DNA from: Patescibacteria group bacterium
GTDB taxonomy: Bacteria > Patescibacteriota > Patescibacteriia > PEXW01
Length of the DNA stretch: 57,314 nucleotides
Direction: 5' to 3'
NCBI GenBank assembly: GCA_038065235.1
Contig: JBBTRK010000007.1
Location: 1-57,314, forward strand
The notes beneath the pieces were generated by a model, which did no database searches, was not told the DNA's origin, and was given only the letters and a program-made list of their open reading frames with translations. Positions within the stretch are counted from its first letter, which is position 1; every line of letters begins with the position of its first letter. The translations under genes and the position numbers were made by a program. Positions 8,708 to 16,829 of this stretch are shown one piece after another.

Positions 8708-8801
8708 TGGCGGAGGGAGTGGGATTCGAACCCACGATAGGGTTTTAACACCCTATAACAGGTTAGCAACCTGCCGCCTTCAGCCACTCGGCCATCCCTC
8801 C
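8708..8801 (-). tRNA. tRNA-Ser(GCU), type II
   Basis: GGAGGGA/TCCCTCC acceptor, GCC-GAGTGGCTGAA-GGC D arm, anticodon loop TTGCTAA (GCT), long variable arm, GTGGG-TTCGAAT-CCCAC T arm and encoded CCA. Confidence 0.9.
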
Positions 8802-8802
8802 C

Positions 8803-9048
8803 TCACAGACCGCTAATTAATTTTTTAAAACTGTTACCACCCTTATATTTTTTTATTTCTCGCTCACGTTTCCAAGCACTGACTTTATCAGGTAATTCTT
8901 CAGTATGGACAACGGTCCACTTGCCACCATTTTTCGTTGAGATGTTTCGACCGCTGTTGTGACGTAGGAGTCGCTCTTGGAGGTCCTCTGTATACCCAAC
9001 GTAATATCGTTGCGTCGAGGAATTTTGGATAATATATACAGTAAACAT
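8803..9048 (-). CDS. GIY-YIG nuclease superfamily protein (YhbQ/UPF0213-like, 81 aa)
   Basis: MFTVYIIQNSSTQRYYVGYTEDLQERLLRHN carries the GIY/YVG core, followed by KREREIKK. ATG at 9048; the upstream part of the track ORF is translated repeat. The stop codon is 1 nt from the tRNA 5' end. Confidence 0.85.
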   Translation of the reverse strand: MFTVYIIQNSSTQRYYVGYTEDLQERLLRHNSGRNISTKNGGKWTVVHTEELPDKVSAWKREREIKKYKGGNSFKKLISGL

Positions 9049-9057
9049 AGCATTTTT

Positions 9058-9105
9058 AGCCACCCACCGCCGGTGGCGGGGCCCCGCTGCAAGCAGTGGT
9101 CGGCC
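9058..9105. repeat. GC-rich structured repeat (copy 2)
   Basis: AGCCACCCACCGCCGGTGGCGGGGCCCCGC...TGGTCGGCC, immediately upstream (minus sense) of the GIY-YIG start. Confidence 0.65.
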
Positions 9106-9157
9106 CACCGCTCCAGGGAATGCCGCAGAAACGTCAACGTGCTATACTTTCCCACGT

Positions 9158-9661
9158 ATGGATCAGAGTAGCAGCGAGCAAACAACCGCACAACCCCAAG
9201 TCCTCTTGAAGTGGATTTTCCCCTCGTTCCAGCGGCACGAGCGGGGTCTCACCTGGTATATTAGTGCCGGTGCCATTGCCATCGCCATCTTCGCGTACTC
9301 ACTTGTCCAGAAGAACTTTTTGTTCTCAATCATCATCATCCTTATTGCCATCGTTGTCGTGGCGAAAGATTTCCTAAGCCCGCACCAAGTGGAGTTCATC
9401 GTCGACGAAGATGGAGTGACCATAGGTGACCGAACCTACCGCTTCCGCGAATTCGCCATGTTCTGGTTGGCCTACGAACCGCCCCAGGTGAAAATGCTCT
9501 ATCTCGAGTTCAAGAGTGGTGTCCGTCCGTCGTACCCCATCCCGTTAGTCAATGAAAATCCACTTCGAATTCGTGCTGTCTTACAAAAGTACATTCGGGA
9601 GGACCTAGAGCGGGAAGCCGAAGACCTTACAGACCGTCTCGGGCGCATGTTTAAACTCTAG
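9158..9661 (+). CDS. Hypothetical membrane protein (two TM helices)
   Basis: Clean ATG ORF with hydrophobic segments (WYISAGAIAIAIFAYSLV, FLFSIIIILIAIVVVA). No family recognised. Confidence 0.7.
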   Translation: MDQSSSEQTTAQPQVLLKWIFPSFQRHERGLTWYISAGAIAIAIFAYSLVQKNFLFSIIIILIAIVVVAKDFLSPHQVEFIVDEDGVTIGDRTYRFREFAMFWLAYEPPQVKMLYLEFKSGVRPSYPIPLVNENPLRIRAVLQKYIREDLEREAEDLTDRLGRMFKL

Positions 9662-9706
9662 TTTGCTTGCCAACCGCGTGGCAGGTATGGTACGCATATT
9701 TGGTGC

Positions 9707-9783
9707 GCGCTCGTAGCTCAGCTGGATAGAGCGCAAGCTTGCGGAGCTTGAGGTCGCAGGTTCAACTCCTGCCGAGCGCACCA
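9707..9783 (+). tRNA. tRNA-Arg(GCG)
   Basis: 77 nt. GCGCTCG/CGAGCGC acceptor, GCTC-AGCTGGATA-GAGC D arm, CAAGC-TTGCGGA-GCTTG anticodon arm (GCG), GCAGG-TTCAACT-CCTGC T arm, ACCA end. Confidence 0.9.
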
Positions 9784-10001
9784 TGCACCACTCACGACGC
9801 ACCGTCCAATAGGCCGGTGCTGTTCGGGTGCATGGCGCGCCATCATTGTAGAAAGCTCTTGGTGCATGCCCTGTACCCGACGAGCGGAAGCGAGGAGTGG
9901 TTCAGGGCAGTTCATTTCGCGGTCATAATTCCGCGTGACGCGTTTTCGCGTATCCCACTCCATGCTCATTGTTGCGGAGAAAATGTGGTATAATATGATC
10001 T

Positions 10002-11879
10002 ATGGAATTTATATCATTTATCGGTGTAGTAATTATCTTGGTCGTGGTATCGAATCTTCGTGGTCGGGTACAAACACTGGAGAAATATGTAAAAAGTGGC
10101 GCACCCCAGCATATTCCCACACAAGGAAATCCAATTCATCCGAAACAGCTTGTGTCACAGCAACCAGTTTCACCTAGCCCACTGCATGAGTATATTACTC
10201 AGCGATTGCAGCAGGGTGCCAGTAGAGAAGATATTGCACATTCCCTCATGGCGAACGGTTGGCAAGGGGCCGATGTTGAAAGAGCGCTACATGCAGTACT
10301 TCCATCAGCGCAGTTCGGTAAACCCGTCGCCACGCACCCGCTGAGCGGGCCGACCCTTATTGATACGTTCGTCGCGTGGTTGAAAGAAGATTGGTTAATG
10401 AAGCTCGGTGCTCTCCTTTTACTCATCGGGTTCGGTTGGCTTGCATCCTATGCCTTTCTCAATAATTGGATTGGGCCAATGGGCCGCATAGCACTTGGAT
10501 TAGTTGCTGGTGCCCTCTTCATGGTGCTTGGATTTTGGAGAATTCGAAAATACCTTAGCCAGGGGAGCATCTTCCTTGTTCTCGGCTCGACAATAATTTT
10601 ACTCACCATATTCGCCGCTCGTGAAATTTACGATTTCTTCACTCCACTCACTGGTCTCTCAGTAATGTTTCTCAGCACTGCCTTTGTTGCACTTGCGAGC
10701 GTGAAGTACAACAGTCGAGCACTCGCTTTCGTGAGTCTGCTTCTCGCAGGGATTGCACCACTACTCACGAATACACCAACAACAAACTATGTTGGCTTAT
10801 TCGCATATTTGCTCATTGTCATTCTTGGCGCAATTTGGATTGTGGTTCTCACCGGCAAGCATGAACTGACACTGGCTGCGCTCTTACTGGTAACATTCTA
10901 TAGCTTTCCGCATTTCTTCTCTACGACGATCGCAGATAGAGGAATACTACTGTTCTTCGTATACGCATTCGTTGCGGTATTCTTCTTAACCAACACCATA
11001 GGTATTTTGAAGTCGAAAGATAAAGATATTTTTCCTGATCTCGTCACCGCTGCGTGCAATGGGCTCTTCCTACTCGTTTGGATAATGGTAGCCGCACAAG
11101 ACGAATGGAAAAGTATGATACTCGTGGCTTGGATTGTTGTCTTCGCGGTCGGAGCGTACCTCGTCTTTCGATCTACGCATAGGCGAGAACCGTTCTACAT
11201 TTACGTTTGTGTCTGTATTGCGCTGTTGGCTGCGGCAACATCAGCCGAGCTCCAAGGCGCCACGCTCACCATTGCGTACACTCTTGAGAGTGGAATTATT
11301 GCCCTGGTTGCATTTTCAGTATTTCGCGATACCAAGATTACCGAACGAATCAGCTTGCTTCTGGTTGGGCCGGTACTGTTATCTTTTGCTAGTTTTACTG
11401 CGCGCACGTGGTCGACAAGCGTATTGAATAGCGATTTCTTTGTGCTCCTCATTTTGTCGGTAACCTTCTTTGGGCTTGGCTTCGTTTTCTCACGCAGTGT
11501 TCTCAATACTGAAGAGCAGAAGCGCAAACAACTCTCCACGGTCTTGTACATTGTTGGTTCAATATATGCCTACGTGCTGCTCTGGCTGTCTCTCCATGCA
11601 GCACTGACGAATGACAATTCAGCAGTGATGGTTGCACTCGTAGTCTATATTATCATTGGCCTCGTGTGTTATTTCTCAGGCCTAACGAGGAACAGAAAAG
11701 TTCTTCGACTCTATGGGAGTGCGCTTATTGGTTTTGTGGTTGGCAGATTGCTGCTCGTTGATATATGGAAAATGGAGTTGGCAATTCGCATTGTCCTTTT
11801 CTTCCTCATTGGAGCCTTACTGGTGAGCACTGCATTTCTGGGAAAAAAAGAAAACGGTTCACGTAATAACACATTGTAG
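10002..11879 (+). CDS. Polytopic membrane protein, DUF2339-like
   Basis: 625 aa. N-terminal TM helix, then a soluble linker, then about 15 or more hydrophobic helices. Architecture recalled as DUF2339; not verified by search. Confidence 0.75.
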   Translation: MEFISFIGVVIILVVVSNLRGRVQTLEKYVKSGAPQHIPTQGNPIHPKQLVSQQPVSPSPLHEYITQRLQQGASREDIAHSLMANGWQGADVERALHAVLPSAQFGKPVATHPLSGPTLIDTFVAWLKEDWLMKLGALLLLIGFGWLASYAFLNNWIGPMGRIALGLVAGALFMVLGFWRIRKYLSQGSIFLVLGSTIILLTIFAAREIYDFFTPLTGLSVMFLSTAFVALASVKYNSRALAFVSLLLAGIAPLLTNTPTTNYVGLFAYLLIVILGAIWIVVLTGKHELTLAALLLVTFYSFPHFFSTTIADRGILLFFVYAFVAVFFLTNTIGILKSKDKDIFPDLVTAACNGLFLLVWIMVAAQDEWKSMILVAWIVVFAVGAYLVFRSTHRREPFYIYVCVCIALLAAATSAELQGATLTIAYTLESGIIALVAFSVFRDTKITERISLLLVGPVLLSFASFTARTWSTSVLNSDFFVLLILSVTFFGLGFVFSRSVLNTEEQKRKQLSTVLYIVGSIYAYVLLWLSLHAALTNDNSAVMVALVVYIIIGLVCYFSGLTRNRKVLRLYGSALIGFVVGRLLLVDIWKMELAIRIVLFFLIGALLVSTAFLGKKENGSRNNTL

Positions 11880-11883
11880 AATC

Positions 11884-13053
11884 ATGAAACTCAAGACCAT
11901 ATTTTTTGTACTTGTACTCTTTTGTGTCGTCTCAAGTGCAAGTGCACAAGAGTTGTCGCAAAGTACAATTTCTTCGGTTAAGAGCGCGTACCGTTTTCTG
12001 AAAGACGTTCGGAGTATTGCAGTCCGCGTGCCAACGGTTGTTGAGATTCCTATCGTTGACGAATTCATTGAACGTACAGATTTTGCTGTTCTCGATACGA
12101 CTGTCAATACCTTTGAACCACATTTTTTCAAGCAAGAAACGCTGGTAAACACCGTGTTGGTTGAAGTGAGTACGAATCCGATTAGTGCTAGTGCCAGCCG
12201 TCTGAATGACAATGATACTCAGACGTATGCCGATTTTTTGTTGCCCGACGATACACTCGGAGTTGCGCAAATTACCCTCTTAAGCAAAAATTCTATTACG
12301 TCATCTTCCCTCACAACACTGCTTGGTGACAATGTTGCGTTACCAAATTCTATCGAAATTCACGCTTTTGTTGAAGACCAAGACACTATCGTTGTTGCAA
12401 AACGTGGAATGGATCAACAAACCATTCGTTTTCCGCAAACGACATCACCGAGGTGGGTTATTACTTTGCGTTTCAGTCAGCCCCTACGCATTACCGAACT
12501 TCAATTACACCAAGATAACGCAACACTATCCAGCACTCGTACGCTCCGATTTCTGGCACAACCTGCTCACTCGTACCAAATATATTTTGACCCCGATAGA
12601 TCAGTAACCCCTCCAGTTGGGGAAGCGGGTAATTTAGTTTCTTCGAAAGACGTTCTCGTACAGCCAGCTATTACCTCAAAGAGTAACCCACAGTATCGTA
12701 TTGCGGACGTCGATAGTGATGGTATACCCGACATTCGTGATAACTGTGTCTCTGTTGCGAACGCTGATCAGCAAGATACTAATACCAACGGCAGAGGCGA
12801 TGTATGCGACGATTTTGATCAAGATGGGCTAATCAATTCGCAAGATAATTGCCCCAATAATCCAAATCAGTTACAGACAGATACTGACAGCGATGGTATA
12901 GGGGATGTGTGTGATAGCGAAGAAAGCAGAATAACAGAACGCAATACTTGGATCCCGTGGGTTGGGATAGTTTTTGCGGTGTTGGTCGTCATTATTCTCC
13001 TGGTGCTAACGGTAAAATCAACGCATGTATCAAAACAGGGAGATAATGAGTAG
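11884..13053 (+). CDS. Secreted, C-terminally anchored protein with thrombospondin type-3-like Ca-binding repeats
   Basis: Signal peptide (MKLKTIFFVLVLFCVVSSASA). Repeats DSDGIPDIRDNC, DTNTNGRGDVCDDFDQDG and DTDSDGIGDVCD. C-terminal TM helix. Starts 4 nt after the preceding gene. Confidence 0.8.
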   Translation: MKLKTIFFVLVLFCVVSSASAQELSQSTISSVKSAYRFLKDVRSIAVRVPTVVEIPIVDEFIERTDFAVLDTTVNTFEPHFFKQETLVNTVLVEVSTNPISASASRLNDNDTQTYADFLLPDDTLGVAQITLLSKNSITSSSLTTLLGDNVALPNSIEIHAFVEDQDTIVVAKRGMDQQTIRFPQTTSPRWVITLRFSQPLRITELQLHQDNATLSSTRTLRFLAQPAHSYQIYFDPDRSVTPPVGEAGNLVSSKDVLVQPAITSKSNPQYRIADVDSDGIPDIRDNCVSVANADQQDTNTNGRGDVCDDFDQDGLINSQDNCPNNPNQLQTDTDSDGIGDVCDSEESRITERNTWIPWVGIVFAVLVVIILLVLTVKSTHVSKQGDNE

Positions 13054-13191
13054 CTGTATACTTCTCCCATAAGATTGCAATTCATTTGTGGGGATATTTT
13101 ACCCACCCCGCGCCATGGTGGCTAGTTAATGTGTTTGCTACACGCACTAAACCGTAATACCATTGAGGTAACCCAGAATTGATTTTGGATT

Positions 13192-14193
13192 ATGAAGCTG
13201 CTTAATGGCATTGGCCTTGGTACATTTCCGTTCGCCAGCCCCTTCACTCCCGTAGATGGAAAGACAGCAGGGAGTATCCTCGATGCCTATCTGAACGGTG
13301 GCGGGCGGTACATTGATACCGCGCCCACGTACGGACTCGGTAAGGTGGAAGAGCAACTCGGCGAGCTACTCACGAAGTACCCACGCGATCGTTTCTTCAT
13401 TAACACCAGCTGCGGCCATGCCCGCGAAGGGGATACTTTAAGGTTATCTGGGAAATACAAAGATGTGATTCATGAATGTGACGAAAGTCTACGTCGGCTC
13501 AAGCTCGACTACGTAGATCTATACATCTCTCACGTACCTGACCCAGCGACCCCCTTTGCTGAGACAATACATGCTTTGAAGGATCTGAAACGGGTGGGGA
13601 AGGCAAAGCGCATTGGCGTGTCGAACGTCAGTCTGGAACAGCTTCAGGAGTACAACGCCAGTGGTGCAGTGGAGTTTGCGCAGAACCGATTCAGCCTCAT
13701 CAACCAGGACTTATCAGCAGAGTTCCAAGCGTACTGCCAAGCGCACAATATCGGTGTTGTTGCTTACCAGGTTCTCGACCGTGGTCTCCTCACCGAAGGC
13801 GTGTTGAAAAAAATAGAGATGAGGTCAGATGACCTCCGCCGCAGGAAGCCAGAATTTCGAGAGAACGTTGTACACGAGATAAGACAGTGGGTCGGAGCCT
13901 CCCTGCGACCCATTGCAGAGTCCGCAGGAGTCAGCATTACTACACTTGTTATCTGGTGGGCTTTGCAGCAACCTGCAATTGCGCTCTGTCAGTGCGGCGC
14001 AACGAGCCTCGAGCAGGTGCGGCACATACTAGCGGCATCCAATTTTACTGGCTCCCTAGAGCTCAAGACCACTATCGATAACGCCTACGCCACGCTCGAA
14101 TCGAAAATTCGCAATGAGCATAAGTCCAGCGTACGGGAGTTCACCGGTCTTGCCACCTACAATGTGTACGCTGGTAGTCCAACAGGGAAGTAA
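13192..14193 (+). CDS. Aldo/keto reductase family oxidoreductase
   Basis: GLGTFPF...YIDTAPTYG...YVDLYISHVPD...IGVSNVS pattern typical of aldo/keto reductases. Confidence 0.9.
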   Translation: MKLLNGIGLGTFPFASPFTPVDGKTAGSILDAYLNGGGRYIDTAPTYGLGKVEEQLGELLTKYPRDRFFINTSCGHAREGDTLRLSGKYKDVIHECDESLRRLKLDYVDLYISHVPDPATPFAETIHALKDLKRVGKAKRIGVSNVSLEQLQEYNASGAVEFAQNRFSLINQDLSAEFQAYCQAHNIGVVAYQVLDRGLLTEGVLKKIEMRSDDLRRRKPEFRENVVHEIRQWVGASLRPIAESAGVSITTLVIWWALQQPAIALCQCGATSLEQVRHILAASNFTGSLELKTTIDNAYATLESKIRNEHKSSVREFTGLATYNVYAGSPTGK

Positions 14194-14202
14194 AATCGAC
14201 TC

Positions 14203-14631
14203 ATGAAGAATACCGCTGAGTTGTGTCACGGTGTCCGGGCACTCATCATGAGAGGTGGTCGGGTACTGGTACTCCGTCGTGCAGTCGATGACCCGGATGA
14301 GCCAGGCAGTTGGGACCTCCTAGGTGGTGCGCTCCGACCAGGAGAATCGACGCAAGTCGGCATGATACGGGAAGTACGTGAGGAGACGGGCATTGCAGCA
14401 AACCAACTCAGTATCGACGTTGGCTTCCAGGTCATACACCCTGAATATAAAGGTAAGCACCTTACTATCGCCGTGTTTACCTGCGAGAGCAAAACCCAAC
14501 AGCTGCACCTGAGTAAGGAGCACGACAGCTACCAATGGATACTCCCCCGTGACCTACACAAACTCCCATTAGGAGTGATGCTCAGTGCACTCGCCACACA
14601 ATTTTCCAGTCTAGCCGGTAGACATTCCTAA
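14203..14631 (+). CDS. NUDIX hydrolase
   Basis: Nudix box GALRPGESTQVGMIREVREETGI fits Gx5Ex7REUxEExGU. Confidence 0.9.
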   Translation: MKNTAELCHGVRALIMRGGRVLVLRRAVDDPDEPGSWDLLGGALRPGESTQVGMIREVREETGIAANQLSIDVGFQVIHPEYKGKHLTIAVFTCESKTQQLHLSKEHDSYQWILPRDLHKLPLGVMLSALATQFSSLAGRHS

Positions 14632-14645
14632 CTAATTTCCATAAG

Positions 14646-15044
14646 ATGAGTCAAGGAATTAAACATGTTGAGATCGCAGTCTCAGATTTGCAAAAGTCTC
14701 TGAGCTTTTATGACGCACTCTTCGAAATTATTGGTTGGCAAAAGGCCAAGAACAACGGATTCGTTAGTGGCAATACGAAAGTGTATGTGAAGCAGTGGGA
14801 TTTTCCACGTGGCAATACCCTTGGGGTACGCCATCTTTGTTTCTGGGCTGATTCCCGAGCAGTGGTAGATAAAGTTGGTGTGTACGTACAGGGTGCGGGG
14901 GTGAAAATGATCCGCGGTCCGCTTCTTGTGGTCGAATATTCGCCTGATTACTACACCGTCGATTTCTTCGACCCGGATGGGTATATGTTGGAAGTAGCGC
15001 ATACACCAGCGCAAAGTGGGGACGAACAAACTTTTGAAACCTAA
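14646..15044 (+). CDS. VOC/glyoxalase-bleomycin resistance family protein
   Basis: IKHVEIAVSDLQKSLSFYDALF N-terminus and HLCFWA / DPDGYMLEV modules typical of VOC proteins. Confidence 0.85.
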   Translation: MSQGIKHVEIAVSDLQKSLSFYDALFEIIGWQKAKNNGFVSGNTKVYVKQWDFPRGNTLGVRHLCFWADSRAVVDKVGVYVQGAGVKMIRGPLLVVEYSPDYYTVDFFDPDGYMLEVAHTPAQSGDEQTFET

Positions 15045-15058
15045 GCTATACTGACGGC

Positions 15059-15688
15059 ATGATTGAAGCAATAGGCATCCTGCTCGTACTGTTCGTGCTC
15101 CCCGTCGCGCTCTGGTATTTCAAGGTCATTCCGTTTCGGTACCGATTCCACACCCTCGCGGTCGTTGGAGCCTGCATTGTAGCGATCGTTGTCATCAGGG
15201 GCTGGGGCAAGCACACACTTGGGCTTCAGTGGAACGTCCTTAGGGACTATGCCGTTCCGTATACGCTCTTTACGCTTTTCGCTGGGTTCGCACTGTATAT
15301 CTTTGCAAAACTCTTGAAACACACAGGTAGCGAGCGCTGGTGGCAAAAGAGCCACTTCCTCTACGGGTTTGTCCTGTTCAGTGCGCTGCAGGAGTTCGTG
15401 TTTCGCGGGTTCCTCATACCCGAACTGCAATCCATAATATCGGTTACGTGGCTCGTCATCCTTGTGAATGCCCTGCTCTTCACCTGGATGCACGTCATTT
15501 ACTCAGATGATAGCAAAGCGCTGCTTATGATTTTCTTCGGGGGCATTGGCTTTGCTGCTATGTACGTGTTTTTCCCGAGTCTCATTCTGGTTTCCATCTC
15601 GCACATGGTTCTGAACTTCATTGCTGTGTACTTTGGCTTTTTCACGCAGGAGCGGGTGCGTGCTCGTCGTTTCTCGAAACATTTGTAG
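15059..15688 (+). CDS. CPBP (CAAX) family intramembrane metalloprotease
   Basis: LQEFVFRGF, FTWMH and HMVLNF motifs within a polytopic membrane protein. Confidence 0.85.
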   Translation: MIEAIGILLVLFVLPVALWYFKVIPFRYRFHTLAVVGACIVAIVVIRGWGKHTLGLQWNVLRDYAVPYTLFTLFAGFALYIFAKLLKHTGSERWWQKSHFLYGFVLFSALQEFVFRGFLIPELQSIISVTWLVILVNALLFTWMHVIYSDDSKALLMIFFGGIGFAAMYVFFPSLILVSISHMVLNFIAVYFGFFTQERVRARRFSKHL

Positions 15689-15779
15689 GGATATCAAAGC
15701 GTGGGTTCGACGATTGACATTGTGCCAAAGGAGCTCTAGGCTCTGCCTACACAAACGGAACACAAACGAGAGGAATGCC

Positions 15780-16082
15780 ATGGGTAAAGTTTCAGAACGT
15801 TCACTGCGTCTTGCACACTTCGAGATCAGCTGGTGGCAAGCTCACCATCGAAAACAGAAAGACGTGCTGCTCAAAACAATGGCGCAGCTCTACGAATTGC
15901 AGTTTGGTATTAGCTACCAGCAAGCGCTCGCCGCAGTGCGGAAGCGAGTAGAGGCGGCAGGCTGGCACGATAGAGCTGAAGCTGCGGAAGACGCAGGGAA
16001 TCAGAAGAAAGCAGACCTTTACTGGGAAAAGGTCGAAGGTTGCTTGCAAGAGCACTTCCAGCTTCTTCAAGAAGTATGCTAG
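15780..16082 (+). CDS. Hypothetical protein (100 aa)
   Basis: ATG at 15780 preceded by GAGAGGA, with a strong terminator directly downstream. The 5' part of the track ORF overlaps the CPBP gene and was trimmed. Confidence 0.55.
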   Translation: MGKVSERSLRLAHFEISWWQAHHRKQKDVLLKTMAQLYELQFGISYQQALAAVRKRVEAAGWHDRAEAAEDAGNQKKADLYWEKVEGCLQEHFQLLQEVC

Positions 16083-16088
16083 GAAAGT

Positions 16089-16127
16089 ACAGGGACGATC
16101 AACAATCGTTCCTGTTTTTACTTTTTA
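16089..16127 (+). terminator. Rho-independent terminator
   Basis: 10-bp stem ACAGGGACGA/TCGTTCCTGT (one G-T pair), 7-nt loop, then TTTTTACTTTTT. Confidence 0.7.
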
Positions 16128-16138
16128 AGACGTTCTAA

Positions 16139-16825
16139 TTACCCACCCCGCGCCACTGTTACGCCAAAAATCGGCACGGCGGTGACTTTGCGTAACGCTT
16201 TGGCTGCTTCTACAAAAGTTGTGCCGGTGGTGGTTACGTCGTCAATGAGGATGATACGCTTTGCATCAACTTGGTCAGCGACGAATGCATCTTTTAAGTT
16301 TGTCCGGCGTTCGTCAGCGTCGCACTCCACTTGGGGTTTGGTGTTGCGAACGCGATGAAGTATTTGCATCAGTGGTACACTCGTTGCCTTGCTGAGTTTC
16401 TGTGCCAGGAGTTCACTCTGGTTGAAGCCCCGCTTCCGCTCGCGGCGGGTGTGCAGGGGGATAGCAACAATCACGTCACCAGGTTGGAGTAGTGGACGTA
16501 CCGATTCGGTTAGTAATTCTGCCAGTGGTTTTGCAGCATCGCGAATGCTGTTGTACTTCAGGTCATGGATGAGTTTTTGAATTACTGGCTGTTCATATTC
16601 AGCACACGTCACCGTTGACTGCAATGGGTTTGGTCCGGGTGTAATTTGAAGTTTACGTTCAACTGTTGCCCAGCATTCCGCGCACACCACCGCGCCAATT
16701 TTTTTGCAGTCCACGCAGCGGTGTGGAGCCAAGGCGTCTAGCAAAAAGCGGCCGATCACCGCAAGTTGCGGGATCCCGCCAACGGCGGTGACGCGGCGGG
16801 CGACGGTAAGGAAAGCAGAACTCAT
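16139..16825 (-). CDS. comFC: ComF family protein (ComFC-type phosphoribosyltransferase)
   Basis: N-terminal zinc finger CVDCKK...CAECW and PRTase motif IILIDDVTTTGTT. Starts 4 nt after the clpC stop. Confidence 0.9.
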   Translation of the reverse strand: MSSAFLTVARRVTAVGGIPQLAVIGRFLLDALAPHRCVDCKKIGAVVCAECWATVERKLQITPGPNPLQSTVTCAEYEQPVIQKLIHDLKYNSIRDAAKPLAELLTESVRPLLQPGDVIVAIPLHTRRERKRGFNQSELLAQKLSKATSVPLMQILHRVRNTKPQVECDADERRTNLKDAFVADQVDAKRIILIDDVTTTGTTFVEAAKALRKVTAVPIFGVTVARGG

Positions 16826-16829
16826 GTGC

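Noticed and set aside
8378-8787. ORFs 8378..8674 (-), 8461..8700 (+) and 8596..8787 (-)
   Set aside because: They overlap tRNA-Ser(GCU), its truncated duplicate and the GC-rich repeat. They have no start-site context.
9784-10001. ORFs 9739..9993 (+) and 9718..9969 (-) downstream of tRNA-Arg
   Set aside because: Both overlap the tRNA or lack start contexts. The region is more simply the promoter and leader of the DUF2339-like gene (TGGTATAAT box near 9986).
13099-13115. 17-nt identity (TTACCCACCCCGCGCCA) with the 3' end of comFC at 16139..16155
   Set aside because: The match is unlikely to be chance, but it is too short to interpret. The 13099 copy encodes at most a 5-codon fragment. It is noted only as a possible recombination scar.
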